From NCBI GenBank assembly GCA_003557645.1, contig PWNV01000011.1, forward strand, positions 13,640-77,639: a DNA stretch of 64,000 nucleotides, in the 5' to 3' direction. The notes below the pieces were generated by a model. The model had not been told where the DNA came from and made no database searches. It saw only the letters and a program-made list of their open reading frames with translations. Positions 15,366 to 26,081 of the stretch are shown here, piece after piece. The translations under genes and the position numbers were made by a program. The number at the start of each line of letters is the position of its first letter. Positions within the stretch are counted from its first letter, which is position 1. The stretch comes from Candidatus Nealsonbacteria bacterium (GTDB lineage: Bacteria > Patescibacteriota > Minisyncoccia > Minisyncoccales > PWPS01).

Positions 15366-15842
15366 ATGCTAGAAGAAGCCAAAAAAAGTTATAAAGTTCA
15401 TGAAATTAAGCCGGACCCTCTTTACGGAAGTGCTTTAGTATCAAAATTCATAAACCATATTATGCGATGTGGTAAAAAATCTGTAGCACGTAAGATGGTT
15501 TATGATTCATTTGAAAAGATTAAGGAAAAAACGAAAAGAGAACCTTTAGATGTTTTTGAAAGCGCTATATCCAACGTATCTCCTACACAAGAAGTTCGCT
15601 CTAAAAGAGTTGGAGGAGCAACTTATCAGGTTCCGATGAAGGTTAATAAGAAGCGATCCACTAGTCTTGCGATGAGATGGATTGCGGAAGCTGCGAGAGG
15701 TAAAAAGGGAAAAAAGATGAACGAAAGACTTTTTGAGGAGATTTTAAGTGCTTCTAATAACGAAGGAGATGCGATTCGGAAGAAAGAAAATATGCATAAA
15801 ATGGCGAAGGCAAACAAAGCTTTTGCTTATCTCGCAAAATAA
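15366..15842 (+). CDS. rpsG: 30S ribosomal protein S7
   Basis: 158 aa. S7 signature region and position after rpsL. Confidence 0.95.
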   Translation: MLEEAKKSYKVHEIKPDPLYGSALVSKFINHIMRCGKKSVARKMVYDSFEKIKEKTKREPLDVFESAISNVSPTQEVRSKRVGGATYQVPMKVNKKRSTSLAMRWIAEAARGKKGKKMNERLFEEILSASNNEGDAIRKKENMHKMAKANKAFAYLAK

Positions 15843-15848
15843 TAAATT

Positions 15849-17963
15849 ATGGCTAGAGAATATCCCATAGAAAGGTATAGAAATATTGGTATTATCGCCC
15901 ACATTGACGCTGGTAAAACTACTGTTACTGAGCGCATTCTTTTTTACGCTGGAATTTCTCATAAAATAGGAGAAACGCATTCTGGCGAGTCAATTATGGA
16001 CTGGATGGAACAGGAAAAAGAGAGAGGTATCACTATCACCTCTGCAGCAACGACTTGTTTTTGGACTCCTCTTGGCATGGAAAAGAAAAAAGAAAACGAG
16101 TATAGAATAAACATTATTGATACTCCAGGGCATATTGATTTTACAGCGGAAGTACAACGATCGATGCGTGTTCTAGATGCTGCAATTGTTGTTTTTGACG
16201 GTGTTGCAGGTGTTGAGCCGCAGTCGGAGACAGTTTGGAGGCAAGCGGATAAGTATAATGTTTCACGAATTTGTTTTATAAATAAAATGGATCGTCCAGG
16301 AGCTTCTTTTTCAGATTCACTGGACTCAATAAAAGAGAAGCTTACTCCAGATGTGGTTCCTGTACAGATTCCATACGGTGAAGAAGACAACTTTAAAGGA
16401 GTAATTGATCTTATTAAAAGGAAGTATTTAACTTTTAGTGGAGATTACGGTGAAATAATAGAAGAGAAGGATGTTCCCGAAGAGATGAAAGAAGAAGTAG
16501 AGAGGTGGAGAAGTGAGATGCTTGAAAAAGTGGTCACAGAGGACGAAGAACTGTTTGACCGTTACATGAACCAAGAAGAAATAGAAGAAGAAGAGATAAA
16601 GAGAGTTTTGCGGAAGGCAGTGCTTGAGTATAGGGTTGTTCCTCTTTTTTGCGGAACTGCTTTAAAGAATCAAGGAGTACAACCACTTCTTGATGCGGTT
16701 TGCCACTACTTCCCAGCACCTACAGATCTTCCTCCAGTAGAAGGAGTTGAAGTTAAATCAGAAAAAGAAATAAAGAGGCAAGCAAGTGACGAGGAGCCTT
16801 TTGCTGCGCTTGCATTTAAACTAACCAGCGACCCTTATGTTGGAAGTCTTACCTTTATGAGAGTTTACTCTGGAAAACTGGAAGGAGGTTCTTATGTGTT
16901 AAACGCTAGTAACGGAAAAAAAGAAAGAATTAGTCGTATTCTGCGGATGCACGCAGATCAAAGAGAGGAAGTCAAAGAAGTTTATGCCGGAGACATTATT
17001 GCTGCTGTTGGATTAAGAGAAACTTCTACTGGTCATACTCTTTGCGATGAAAATGCTCCTATCATTTTAGAGGAGATAAGTTTTCCCGAGCCGGTGGTAT
17101 CTATTCGGGTAGAACCAAAGACGAAAGCCGATCAAGAGAAGATGGGAATAGCCTTAAGAAGGTTATCAGAAGAAGATCCCACCTTCAGAGTCCACGGAGA
17201 TCTAGAGACAGGAGAAACTATTATTGCAGGAATGGGAGAGCTTCATCTGGACATTATCGTAGATCGCATGAAACGAGAGTTTAAAATTGATGCACAAGTT
17301 GGGCAGCCACAAGTTGCTTACAAAGAAACAATTAAAAAAGAAGCGAAAGCAGAAGGTAAGTATATAAAGCAGAGTGGTGGAAGAGGGCAGTATGGGCATG
17401 TGCATCTCCAAATTGAACCATTTAAGGAAGGAGACAAAAGATTGGAATTTGTGGATGCAATCAAGGGTGGAGCGATTCCTCAAGAGTTCATAGGTGCTGT
17501 TGAAAAAGGTATTGAAGAGGTAATGGATGAAGGAGTTCTTGCCGGTTATCCGGTTGTTAATGTTAAGGCAACTCTTTATGACGGATCTTATCATGATGTT
17601 GATTCCTCGAAAATGGCCTTTAAACTTGCTGGTGCAATAGGATTTAAGGAAGCTTGCAGAAACGCTGACGCAGTGATTTTAGAGCCGTTTATGAGAGTGG
17701 AAGTAATTGTTCCTCCTGAGTTTTTGGGTGATGTTATGGGGGATCTTTCTTCTAGAAGAGGTGAAGTAGAAAGTACGGAAGAAACAAAAGGAAAGAGAGC
17801 GCAGAAAGTGATACGTGCTAAGGTTCCTCTTGCTGAGATGTTTGGTTATGTGACCACGCTTAGATCGCTTACCAAGGGAAGAGGAAACTACACCATGGAA
17901 TTTGACAGTTACAAAGATGTTCCTTATAATGTCCTTCAGGAAATTACAGGAAATAAGGAGTAG
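15849..17963 (+). CDS. fusA: elongation factor G
   Basis: 704 aa. G1 [18 protein letters not shown]. Confidence 0.97.
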   Translation: MAREYPIERYRNIGIIAHIDAGKTTVTERILFYAGISHKIGETHSGESIMDWMEQEKERGITITSAATTCFWTPLGMEKKKENEYRINIIDTPGHIDFTAEVQRSMRVLDAAIVVFDGVAGVEPQSETVWRQADKYNVSRICFINKMDRPGASFSDSLDSIKEKLTPDVVPVQIPYGEEDNFKGVIDLIKRKYLTFSGDYGEIIEEKDVPEEMKEEVERWRSEMLEKVVTEDEELFDRYMNQEEIEEEEIKRVLRKAVLEYRVVPLFCGTALKNQGVQPLLDAVCHYFPAPTDLPPVEGVEVKSEKEIKRQASDEEPFAALAFKLTSDPYVGSLTFMRVYSGKLEGGSYVLNASNGKKERISRILRMHADQREEVKEVYAGDIIAAVGLRETSTGHTLCDENAPIILEEISFPEPVVSIRVEPKTKADQEKMGIALRRLSEEDPTFRVHGDLETGETIIAGMGELHLDIIVDRMKREFKIDAQVGQPQVAYKETIKKEAKAEGKYIKQSGGRGQYGHVHLQIEPFKEGDKRLEFVDAIKGGAIPQEFIGAVEKGIEEVMDEGVLAGYPVVNVKATLYDGSYHDVDSSKMAFKLAGAIGFKEACRNADAVILEPFMRVEVIVPPEFLGDVMGDLSSRRGEVESTEETKGKRAQKVIRAKVPLAEMFGYVTTLRSLTKGRGNYTMEFDSYKDVPYNVLQEITGNKE

Positions 17964-18025
17964 ACTTTTTTTAAAAAATATTATATTATTGGAGACACTT
18001 AATTATTAACCTTAAGTAAAAAAAT

Positions 18026-19222
18026 ATGGCTAAAGAAAAATTTGAAAGAGGGAAACCTCACCTTAACGTAGGAACTGTCGGTCACGTTGACCACGGTAAA
18101 ACTACACTTACCGCAGCAATCATCAATACTCTTAATCTGAAAGGATTTATTGATTCAAAGGCTACGGTAGAAGATATTGATTCTGCTCCAGAAGAAAAAG
18201 CGCGTGGACTTACTATCTCTATTTCTCATCGTGAATACGAAACGGAAAACCGTCACTATGCACACATTGATTGTCCGGGACACGCCGATTATGTAAAGAA
18301 CATGATTACTGGAGCTGCACAGATGGATGGGGGAATTTTAGTGGTTTCTGCTGCTGATGGGCCTATGCCGCAGACTCGTGAGCATATTCTGCTTGCTCGT
18401 CAGGTTGGACTTCCTTCTTTAGTGGTTTTTCTTAACAAAGTGGATATGGTTGATGACCAAGAAATGGTTGATCTTGTTGAGTCTGAAGTAAGAGAGCTTC
18501 TTACCAAGTATGAGTTTCCTGGCGATGATATCCCTGTAATTAAGGGTTCCGCCTTAAAAGCGCTTGAAGCGACTTCTGCAGATGATGAGGCGTTAAAGCC
18601 TATCATGGAACTTGTAGATGCGATGGATAGTTACATTCCTGAACCAGAAAGAGATGTTGATAAACCTTTCTTGATGGCTGTAGAAGATGTGTTTTCCATC
18701 GAAGGAAGAGGAACAGTTGCCACTGGAAGAATTGAGAGAGGAATTATCAAGTCCGGAGAGGAGGTTGAGATAGTTGGATTACATGACACAACAAAAACTA
18801 CGGTGGTCAGTATCGAGATGTTTAACAAAAGCCTGGACGAAGGAAGAGCTGGAGACAATGCAGGACTTCTTTTGAGGGGGACTAAGAAGGATGAGATTGA
18901 GAGAGGGCAAGTGCTCGCAAAGAAAGGTTCAATTACTCCCCATACTGAATTTGAAGCAGAGGTTTATATTCTCGGAAAAGATGAAGGGGGACGTCACACT
19001 CCTTTCTTTAAAGGTTACAAACCACAGTTTTATATGAGAACCACTGATATTACAGGTGAAGTAGAACTTCCTGAGGGGACTGAGATGGTAATGCCCGGAG
19101 ACACAGCAAACCTTAAAGTTAAACTTATTGCTCCTATTGCTCTTGAAGAGCAACAGAGATTTGCTATCCGTGAAGGAGGCAGAACTGTAGGAGCAGGAGT
19201 AGTGGGTAAGATTATCAAGTAA
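18026..19222 (+). CDS. tuf: elongation factor Tu
   Basis: 398 aa. [18 protein letters not shown]. Confidence 0.98.
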   Translation: MAKEKFERGKPHLNVGTVGHVDHGKTTLTAAIINTLNLKGFIDSKATVEDIDSAPEEKARGLTISISHREYETENRHYAHIDCPGHADYVKNMITGAAQMDGGILVVSAADGPMPQTREHILLARQVGLPSLVVFLNKVDMVDDQEMVDLVESEVRELLTKYEFPGDDIPVIKGSALKALEATSADDEALKPIMELVDAMDSYIPEPERDVDKPFLMAVEDVFSIEGRGTVATGRIERGIIKSGEEVEIVGLHDTTKTTVVSIEMFNKSLDEGRAGDNAGLLLRGTKKDEIERGQVLAKKGSITPHTEFEAEVYILGKDEGGRHTPFFKGYKPQFYMRTTDITGEVELPEGTEMVMPGDTANLKVKLIAPIALEEQQRFAIREGGRTVGAGVVGKIIK

Positions 19223-19546
19223 ATGGCAAAAGAGAAAGACGCAAAGTCAAGAATTCGAATTCGGTTACGCGCTTATGATCACAAAGTGATTGACACAAGC
19301 TCGCAGCAGATTATTGATACCGCACTTCGATACGGTAGCGAGGTTCTTGGACCAACACCACTTCCCACAGAAATAAAGAAATACACGGTTAATCGTGCCT
19401 CCTTTGTCTATAACAAGTCAAAGGAACAGTACGAGATCAGAATACACAAGAGAATCATTGATATTTTAGGTCCCAATACGAAAGTACTTGATGCCTTAAG
19501 AAATTTGACTTTGCCGACGGGAGTGAACATTGAGATTAAGATGTAA
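19223..19546 (+). CDS. rpsJ: 30S ribosomal protein S10
   Basis: 107 aa. IRIRLRAYDHKVID pattern. ATG directly follows the tuf stop codon. Confidence 0.95.
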   Translation: MAKEKDAKSRIRIRLRAYDHKVIDTSSQQIIDTALRYGSEVLGPTPLPTEIKKYTVNRASFVYNKSKEQYEIRIHKRIIDILGPNTKVLDALRNLTLPTGVNIEIKM

Positions 19547-19653
19547 TTCTAGTATTGCATTTATAAATGATAAACAGAAATAAAATTTGAATTTATTGTA
19601 AGGTTTCCGCATTATAATACCGAGGGGAGACCTCGGTGTTTAATTGCAAAATA

Positions 19654-20241
19654 ATGAAATTTATTCTTGGAAAAAAAATAGGAATGACACAACTCTTTAA
19701 CGAGGATGGAGAAGCAGTTCCGGTTACCTTGATTGAGGCTGGTCCTTGCAAAGTAACGAGAGTTAAGGGGAAAAACGAAGATGGCTATGACGCTGTCCAG
19801 ATTGGTTTTTCTGCGTTAAAGAAAGTGAAAAAATCACAAAGAAGGAGTCCTTTTCGTTATGTGCGAGAGGTTCCGGGAGTTTTTGATGTGTCTGAGAATG
19901 ATGAGATTTTGGTTGATGTTTTTTCTCCTGGTGAAAAAGTAAATATTTCTGCTACCTCGAAAGGAAAAGGATTTGCAGGGGTGATGAAGAGATGGAATTT
20001 TAAGGGAGCTGCAACCTCCTCTCACGGTACAAAGAAAACAAATAGAAAACCAGGTTCGATCGGTTCAATGTATCCCCAGAGAGTATTTAAGGGCAAAAAA
20101 ATGGCAGGAAGAATGGGAGCAGATAAAGTCACAACAAAAAATTTGGAAGTAGTTAACGTGGACAAAGAAAAAAACGTTATAGCTGTTAAAGGGGCGCTTC
20201 CCGGAAAAATTGGGGGCATGGTAATTGTAAGAGGATTATGA
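19654..20241 (+). CDS. rplC: 50S ribosomal protein L3
   Basis: MKFILGKKIGMTQLF...VTLIEAGPC. ATG at 19654 preferred to the GTG at 19636. Confidence 0.93.
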   Translation: MKFILGKKIGMTQLFNEDGEAVPVTLIEAGPCKVTRVKGKNEDGYDAVQIGFSALKKVKKSQRRSPFRYVREVPGVFDVSENDEILVDVFSPGEKVNISATSKGKGFAGVMKRWNFKGAATSSHGTKKTNRKPGSIGSMYPQRVFKGKKMAGRMGADKVTTKNLEVVNVDKEKNVIAVKGALPGKIGGMVIVRGL

Positions 20242-20891
20242 AAGCTAAATTATACAACAAGAAAGGTGAGAAGACAGGAGACATTACCCTCCCGGAGAGT
20301 ATTTTTAATGTAAAGGTGAATCCTGACTTGATATATCAGGTCGTTCGTTCTCAGATGTCTATTAGAAGACAGAACTCGGCCCACACAAAAGATCGTTCTG
20401 AGGTGCGGGGAGGAGGAAGGAAACCTTGGAGACAGAAAGGAACAGGAAGAGCACGTCACGGGTCCAGGAGATCACCTATATGGACTGGGGGAGGAGTAAC
20501 TTTCGGACCAAGAAACGAGAGGAATTATAAAAAGAAAATTAACAAGAAGATGAGAAGGAAAGCTCTTTTTATGGTTCTTACTGCAAAAAGAGAAAAAGAT
20601 TTGCTATTTTTTGTTTCCGATCTGGGAGTTAGTGAGCCAAAAACAAAGAACATGACTAACATTCTTTCTAAATTCCCAGTTGAGAAGGGAAGCACGTTGA
20701 TAGTTCTTCCAGAGATGGACAGAAACGCAATTCTTGCTACGCGTAACCTGGAAAACGTAGACACGGTACAAGCAAAGGATATTAGTCCACTTTCCCTTTT
20801 ATCTTATAAGTATCTTGTTCTTCCGGAAAAATCGGTAAAAATAATAGAAGAGAATTTTAAAAGTGATTTAACCGAAGCTAAGAAAACGTAA
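20238..20891 (+). CDS. rplD: 50S ribosomal protein L4
   Basis: 217 aa. GGGRKPWRQKGTGRAR motif. ATGA overlap with rplC. Confidence 0.94.
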   Translation: MKAKLYNKKGEKTGDITLPESIFNVKVNPDLIYQVVRSQMSIRRQNSAHTKDRSEVRGGGRKPWRQKGTGRARHGSRRSPIWTGGGVTFGPRNERNYKKKINKKMRRKALFMVLTAKREKDLLFFVSDLGVSEPKTKNMTNILSKFPVEKGSTLIVLPEMDRNAILATRNLENVDTVQAKDISPLSLLSYKYLVLPEKSVKIIEENFKSDLTEAKKT

Positions 20892-20893
20892 AA

Positions 20894-21172
20894 ATGGATA
20901 AAAATATAGTTATCAAGCCACACATAAGCGAGAAAGCAACCTTTTTAAATGAAAGTGGTTTTTATGTTTTTAGAGTAGCTAAAAAAGCGAATAAATCTGA
21001 AATAAAGAAAGAGATCGAAGGAAAATATAGCGTTAATGTTTTAGGTGTCCGGATTATAAAGATTCCCTCCAAAAAGATAAGAACAGGAAGAATCGAGGGA
21101 ACTAAAAAAGGATACAAAAAGGCAGTAGTTAAGCTTAAAGAGGGACAAAGCATTGATATTACTTCTTCTTGA
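20894..21172 (+). CDS. rplW: 50S ribosomal protein L23
   Basis: 92 aa. Position and L23-like sequence. Confidence 0.9.
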   Translation: MDKNIVIKPHISEKATFLNESGFYVFRVAKKANKSEIKKEIEGKYSVNVLGVRIIKIPSKKIRTGRIEGTKKGYKKAVVKLKEGQSIDITSS

Positions 21173-21204
21173 CTTAGTCTCAGTTATGTGTTTTAATTAA
21201 AATT

Positions 21205-21966
21205 ATGCCCAGCAAAACGAAAAAATTAATTGTTCCCTTAAAACGACACGCAGGAAGAGGGAATACAGGAAGAATTACGGTACGCCATAAGGGTGGAGGA
21301 GTGAAACGACTTTATCGTAAGGTTAGCTTTGGGCAAGAGTTTTTAAATGTTACAGGAGAAGTGATTGGTATTGAATATGACCCTAACAGAAGTGCTGACA
21401 TAGCTCTTATTCAATACGAGACTGGGGAAAAAGGATACCTTCTTGCTCCCCAAAAAATACAGAAGGGAGATAAGGTTATCTGCACGGAAAAAGCAGAGGT
21501 AAAGCCAGGAAATAGAATGCAAATTAAAAATATTCCTGTGGGAACAGCGGTTTACAACATTTCTCTTCATCCAGATGCTCCGGGAAAGTTAGTGCGTAGC
21601 GCAGGGGTTTCTGCCATTGTGCTGGCTCACGAAGGAAAGAGCACTCACTTGAGAATGCCGTCTCGAGAGATAAGGAAAGTAACAAGCACCTGTTTTGCTA
21701 ACGTTGGAGAGCTTTCTAAGCCAGAACATCGATACAGAGTAATAGGTAAAGCGGGTACGGCAAGGAAGATGGGGCGTAGGCCTACGGTGCGTGGTTCTGC
21801 GATGAGTCCGGTAGCACATCCTCACGGAGGAGGAGAAGGAAGAGCTGGTATCGGGATGCCCTCTCCTAAGACGCCTTGGGGGAAGATAGCTCGTGGTGTT
21901 CGTACTAGAAAAAGAAAACATACTGATCGAAATATAATAAAAAGGAGAAGTAAAAGAAGAAAATAA
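21205..21966 (+). CDS. rplB: 50S ribosomal protein L2
   Basis: 253 aa. SAMSPVAHPHGGGEGR motif. N-terminus shorter than typical L2. Confidence 0.94.
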   Translation: MPSKTKKLIVPLKRHAGRGNTGRITVRHKGGGVKRLYRKVSFGQEFLNVTGEVIGIEYDPNRSADIALIQYETGEKGYLLAPQKIQKGDKVICTEKAEVKPGNRMQIKNIPVGTAVYNISLHPDAPGKLVRSAGVSAIVLAHEGKSTHLRMPSREIRKVTSTCFANVGELSKPEHRYRVIGKAGTARKMGRRPTVRGSAMSPVAHPHGGGEGRAGIGMPSPKTPWGKIARGVRTRKRKHTDRNIIKRRSKRRK

Positions 21967-21969
21967 AAT

Positions 21970-22254
21970 ATGCCAAGAAGTCTTAAAAAAGGGCCATTTG
22001 TTGATGAAAAGCTTTTAAAGAAAGTGAAAGCTTCTGAGCCTGGTAATAACGAAGTGATTAAGACATGGTCACGAAGCGCTGCTATTACTCCTGAAATGAT
22101 AGGTTATGTTTTTGGTGTATACAATGGAAAGGAGCACATTAAAGTGCAGGTAACCGAAGAAATGGTGGGTCACCTGCTTGGTGAATTTTCTCCATCAAAG
22201 AAATTTGTTCGACACGGAGGAAAAATGCAACGTGATATAGAAAAGAAAAAATAA
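21970..22254 (+). CDS. rpsS: 30S ribosomal protein S19
   Basis: 94 aa. [12 protein letters not shown]...[13 protein letters not shown]. Confidence 0.95.
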   Translation: MPRSLKKGPFVDEKLLKKVKASEPGNNEVIKTWSRSAAITPEMIGYVFGVYNGKEHIKVQVTEEMVGHLLGEFSPSKKFVRHGGKMQRDIEKKK

Positions 22255-22258
22255 AATT

Positions 22259-22777
22259 ATGGCAGTTGAAGCAAAGCTTAGATATCTTAGAACATCCCCT
22301 CGAAAAGTACGTTTAGTAGCGGATGTTATTCGCGGCCTTTCCTTGAAGGAAGCCGAGGAGGTTCTTCGTTTTACAACAAAAAGACCGACAAAGCCGATGT
22401 TAAAATTATTAAGGTCAGCCGCAGCCAACGCGGAACACAACTTTAATCTAAGGCGTGAGAATCTTTATATATCAGAAATCAGGGTAGATGGGGGACCTAT
22501 TTTAAAGCGATTTCGGCCGAGAGCAAAGGGAGCAATATCCCCTATACAGAAAAAGACATCACATATTTTTATTCAATTAAAGGAGTATGATGAGACAAAA
22601 AAGAAAGAGGCAAAAGGAAGAAAGCAGAAAATTGAAAAAGTAAAGCAGCAAGAAAAGCCAAAAGGAGAGGGATCCAAAGAGCAGACTCGTGAAGCAAAAA
22701 TAAAAGAAGTGAAAGAAGAAGGGCCAAAAAAATCAAAAGGAACAAAAAGGCAAGTATTCAGGCGTAAAGCGATATAA
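22259..22777 (+). CDS. rplV: 50S ribosomal protein L22 with a K/E-rich C-terminal extension
   Basis: 172 aa. L22 core (RTSPRKVRLVADVIRG) plus about 60 aa of lysine/glutamate-rich tail. Confidence 0.92.
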   Translation: MAVEAKLRYLRTSPRKVRLVADVIRGLSLKEAEEVLRFTTKRPTKPMLKLLRSAAANAEHNFNLRRENLYISEIRVDGGPILKRFRPRAKGAISPIQKKTSHIFIQLKEYDETKKKEAKGRKQKIEKVKQQEKPKGEGSKEQTREAKIKEVKEEGPKKSKGTKRQVFRRKAI

Positions 22778-22778
22778 T

Positions 22779-23426
22779 ATGACGCACAAAGTTCATCCAA
22801 GAATTTATCAGTTAAATAAGGTTACAGATTGGGACTCAAAGGGTTTTTATGAGAATGATTTTGCTGGTCTTTTAAAAGAAGATTATGAGATAAGAAAGCT
22901 TTTAAAGAAGTTATTAAAAGGCATGAGCGTTGAAAAGGTTGAAATTGAGCGTTCTCCAGAAAAGGTTGGCATTATGATTCACAGCTCAAGACCTGGGCTT
23001 ATTATTGGAAGAGGGGGTGAAGGAGTAAAGAAATTAAAGGAAAAACTAGAGAAAGCAATAGCTGAAGTTACTAAAGATGAAAAAAGAAATCTTCGGCTGG
23101 ATATAAAAGAAATAAAAGATCCTTGGCTTTCTGCTTCACTTGCTGCGCAAGACATTGCAGCTCAGATTGAAAAAAGACTGCCTTATCGTAGAGTGATAAA
23201 ACAGGCTCTACACAAGATTGCTATGCACAAGGAAGTGAAAGGAGTTCGGATCGAGATAGCAGGGAGGTTAAACGGAAATGAGATAGCAAGAAAGGAACAT
23301 TTTCAGGAAGGGCAGCTCAGGAGAGAAACCCTTAGATCTGATATTGAATATGCTTACGAAATAGCTCGCTGCTCTTACGGAGTGATTGGAATTAAAGTGT
23401 TTATTTACAAAGGAGAAAAATTTTAA
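22779..23426 (+). CDS. rpsC: 30S ribosomal protein S3
   Basis: 215 aa. KH domain GLIIGRGGEGVKKL. Confidence 0.94.
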   Translation: MTHKVHPRIYQLNKVTDWDSKGFYENDFAGLLKEDYEIRKLLKKLLKGMSVEKVEIERSPEKVGIMIHSSRPGLIIGRGGEGVKKLKEKLEKAIAEVTKDEKRNLRLDIKEIKDPWLSASLAAQDIAAQIEKRLPYRRVIKQALHKIAMHKEVKGVRIEIAGRLNGNEIARKEHFQEGQLRRETLRSDIEYAYEIARCSYGVIGIKVFIYKGEKF

Positions 23427-23427
23427 T

Positions 23428-23832
23428 ATGCTAGTTCCGAAAAAGATAAAACATCGTAAACACCGAAAGGGGAGGCTGAAAGGAGTTTCTCAAAGAGGTT
23501 CCTTTGTTAATTTTGGAAGTTATGGGCTAAGAGCGGAAGGAAAAGGGTTTATAAGTTCTAGGCAGATAGAAGCTGCTAGGAGAGCGATCATTCGTTATTT
23601 AAGAAAAGGAGGGAAGATGTGGATAAGAATCTTTCCCCATAAACCGATTACAAGAAAAGGACAAGAAGTTCCCATGGGAGGTGGAACTGGTAAAATCGAT
23701 CATTACGCTGCTCCGATTAGAGAAGGAAGAATGCTTTTTGAAATTGAAGGAATCCCGGAAGAAAAAGCAAGAGAGGCATTTCGCAAGGCGGGAGATAAGA
23801 TGCCAGTTAAAACTAAGTTTATAAAAAGGTAA
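23428..23832 (+). CDS. rplP: 50S ribosomal protein L16
   Basis: MLVPKKIKHRKHRKGR... The ATG at 23428 immediately follows the rpsC stop. Track start 23386 rejected. Confidence 0.94.
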   Translation: MLVPKKIKHRKHRKGRLKGVSQRGSFVNFGSYGLRAEGKGFISSRQIEAARRAIIRYLRKGGKMWIRIFPHKPITRKGQEVPMGGGTGKIDHYAAPIREGRMLFEIEGIPEEKAREAFRKAGDKMPVKTKFIKR

Positions 23833-23833
23833 A

Positions 23834-24022
23834 ATGAAAGCCAAGGAATTGAGAAAAAAAACAGACAAGGAACGTGCAAAACTTCTTTTAGAAAAAAGAA
23901 AGAAGCTAAAGGATTTTCATTTTAGTGGGGCAACTTCCAGACCGAAGAATACCAAGGAAGCAGTTAATTTGCGTAAAGATATAGCGAGAATAAAAACAAT
24001 TGCAAAAGAATATGAAAAATAG
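23834..24022 (+). CDS. rpmC: 50S ribosomal protein L29
   Basis: 62 aa. Position and [13 protein letters not shown] pattern. Confidence 0.9.
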   Translation: MKAKELRKKTDKERAKLLLEKRKKLKDFHFSGATSRPKNTKEAVNLRKDIARIKTIAKEYEK

Positions 24023-24248
24023 ACTCAAAGGGGTGGTAGTTTCAAATAAAATGGATAAAACAGTTGTGGTTGAAGTTGAAAGAGTGAAAAAGCACCCTCG
24101 TTTTCAAAAAAGATATAAAGTACACAAGAAGTACAAAGCGCATGATGAGAAGGGCGAGTGCAATATAGGGGACAAGGTTGTTATCGAAGAAGGAAGACCG
24201 ATGTCTAAAGAAAAAAAGTGGAAAGTGATCAAGGAACAAAGCAAATAA
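24012..24248 (+). CDS. rpsQ: 30S ribosomal protein S17
   Basis: [24 protein letters not shown] pattern. ATG at 24012 (overlapping the rpmC end) preferred to the TTG at 24000. Confidence 0.9.
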   Translation: MKNRLKGVVVSNKMDKTVVVEVERVKKHPRFQKRYKVHKKYKAHDEKGECNIGDKVVIEEGRPMSKEKKWKVIKEQSK

Positions 24249-24251
24249 ATC

Positions 24252-24623
24252 ATGATTCAAACAGAGACAATTTTAAAAGTAGCAGATAATGCTGGAGCGA
24301 AAGAAATCCAATGTTTTCGCATACTTGGTGGTACGAGAAGGCGCTATGCTAGGATAGGAGACATCATCGTCGCTGCAGTTAAAAAGGCAGAGCCAAGAAA
24401 GGAGGTGAAAAAGCATGATGTTGTACGTGCAGTAATTGTTCGCCAGAGATATAATTTTCGAAGAAAGAACGGTTCTTATGTGCGTTTTGATGAAAATGCT
24501 GCAGTTGTTCTTGATGGAAAGACAAAAAAACCAAAAGGAGGAAGGGTTTTTGGTCCTGTTCCAAGAGAACTTGCGGAGATGGGTTTTAAAGATATTACTA
24601 CAATGGCAAAAGAAGTGGTATGA
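24252..24623 (+). CDS. rplN: 50S ribosomal protein L14
   Basis: 123 aa. [17 protein letters not shown]. Confidence 0.96.
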   Translation: MIQTETILKVADNAGAKEIQCFRILGGTRRRYARIGDIIVAAVKKAEPRKEVKKHDVVRAVIVRQRYNFRRKNGSYVRFDENAAVVLDGKTKKPKGGRVFGPVPRELAEMGFKDITTMAKEVV

Positions 24624-24931
24624 AAATAAAAAAAGGAGATACAGTTTTAATAATCGCTGGAAAAGACCGAGGAAAGAAGGGGAGTGTTTTGCATGTTTTT
24701 CCTAAGATGGAGAAAGTTTCTGTAGAAGGTGTTAATCTTCTCAAGAAACACATCTCTCCTCAGAAACAAAAACAGCAACAAAAAGGAAAGAAGAAAGGAC
24801 AAGTTGTTGAGTTTCCTGCACCGATTCATGTCTCTAACGTGAAGGTAGTTTGTTCTAAGTGCGGGAAAGCAACTCGTACCTGGGAGAAAGAAGGGAAAAG
24901 AACTTGTAAAAAATGTAATCAGAAGATATAA
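24620..24931 (+). CDS. rplX: 50S ribosomal protein L24 (with C-terminal Cys4 ribbon)
   Basis: 103 aa. [27 protein letters not shown]...CKKCNQ near the C-terminus. Confidence 0.92.
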   Translation: MKIKKGDTVLIIAGKDRGKKGSVLHVFPKMEKVSVEGVNLLKKHISPQKQKQQQKGKKKGQVVEFPAPIHVSNVKVVCSKCGKATRTWEKEGKRTCKKCNQKI

Positions 24932-25488
24932 TGTCTAGCTTGCAAGAAAAATATAAAAACAAAATATTTCCAGAACTGAAAAAGAAGTTTGGTTTTAAGA
25001 ATATTCTGGATTGCCCACGCCCCGATAAAATTGTAGTTAACGTTGGGATTGGGCAGAGAGTAGTTAAAGACCCTTCAAAGAGAGATGATCTTATAAAGAA
25101 AATTTCTAATGACCTTGCCCTTATCACTGGACAGAAACCACATATCAGAAAGGCAAGAAAATCGATCTCTGGATTCTCTGTACGTGAAAAAATGCCGGTG
25201 GGATTGAGGGTTACTTTGCGCGGCAAGAGAATGAATCAATTTTTAGATAAGTTAATTAATGCTGTTCTTCCTCGTATTCGTGATTTTCAAGGGATAAATG
25301 AGTCCAGTGTTGATGGTGAAGGTAATTTAACCATAGGGATTAAAGAGCAACTAGTTTTTCCGGAAATCTCTTCTGATGATGTAGATGTATTTTTTGGGAT
25401 GGAGATAACTATTGTTACCACGAAGACAAATAGAGAAGAAAGCTTGGAGCTTTTAAAAATGATAGGAATACCTTTTACCACTAAATAA
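24931..25488 (+). CDS. rplE: 50S ribosomal protein L5
   Basis: 185 aa. TAATG overlap with rplX. L5-like sequence. Confidence 0.94.
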   Translation: MSSLQEKYKNKIFPELKKKFGFKNILDCPRPDKIVVNVGIGQRVVKDPSKRDDLIKKISNDLALITGQKPHIRKARKSISGFSVREKMPVGLRVTLRGKRMNQFLDKLINAVLPRIRDFQGINESSVDGEGNLTIGIKEQLVFPEISSDDVDVFFGMEITIVTTKTNREESLELLKMIGIPFTTK

Positions 25489-25491
25489 ATT

Positions 25492-25674
25492 ATGGCAAGA
25501 AAAGCAAAAATAGAAAAAGCGAAACAAAAAGAAAAATTTCCTGCCCGTAAAGTAAGGAGGTGCTTTAAGTGTGGAAGGGCAAGAGGTTTTCTTAGAAAGT
25601 TTGAACTCTGCAGGATATGTTTCCGTGAAATGGCTAATCGTGGTGAAATCCCTGGAATTAGAAAATCTAGTTGA
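25492..25674 (+). CDS. rpsN: 30S ribosomal protein S14 (zinc-binding type Z)
   Basis: 60 aa. CFKCGRARG...CRICFRE. Confidence 0.93.
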   Translation: MARKAKIEKAKQKEKFPARKVRRCFKCGRARGFLRKFELCRICFREMANRGEIPGIRKSS

Positions 25675-25683
25675 TAAAAATTT

Positions 25684-26076
25684 ATGTATACTGATCCCAT
25701 AGCAGATTTATTAAATCGAATTCGTACAGCCCAAGTGGCTAAGAAGAGTGAAATAGAGCTTCCCTTTTCTTGTGTTAAGCATGAAATTGCAAAGTGTTTA
25801 GAAAAAGAAGGCTTTGTCGAGAAAGTTGCAAAGAAAAAGAAGCAGTCTTTTTATGTTTTACGCATTGATTTAAAATATGAAGAAGGAAGACCGGTTATAA
25901 CAGAGGCGAAGAGAGTTTCCTCTCCCGGGCAACGTATTTATAAAAAGGGGAAAGAGATAAAAGGTGTTAAGGGAGGGTTGGGAATACTTATTTTATCTAC
26001 ATCCCAGGGAGTAATGACTCATAAAGAGGCAAGAAGAAAAAATGTTGGAGGAGAAATTTTGTGTGAAATCTGGTAA
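25684..26076 (+). CDS. rpsH: 30S ribosomal protein S8
   Basis: 130 aa. DPIADLLNRIRTA. Confidence 0.95.
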   Translation: MYTDPIADLLNRIRTAQVAKKSEIELPFSCVKHEIAKCLEKEGFVEKVAKKKKQSFYVLRIDLKYEEGRPVITEAKRVSSPGQRIYKKGKEIKGVKGGLGILILSTSQGVMTHKEARRKNVGGEILCEIW

Positions 26077-26081
26077 AAATT

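Noticed and set aside
19591-19618. Promoter call for the TATAAT in the rpsJ-rplC spacer.
   Set aside because: Candidate -35 hexamers (TTGTAA, TTGAAT) are 11 and 20 nt away, outside the workable 16-18-nt window. I kept it only as part of the finding, not as a feature.
24436-24705. Alternate-frame plus-strand ORFs overlapping real genes: 24436-24705, 2346-2660, 32090-32311, 33366-33617, 35330-35656 and 52691-52972.
   Set aside because: They lie out of frame inside well-supported genes with no independent start signals or motifs, and there is no slippery-site evidence for programmed frameshifting.
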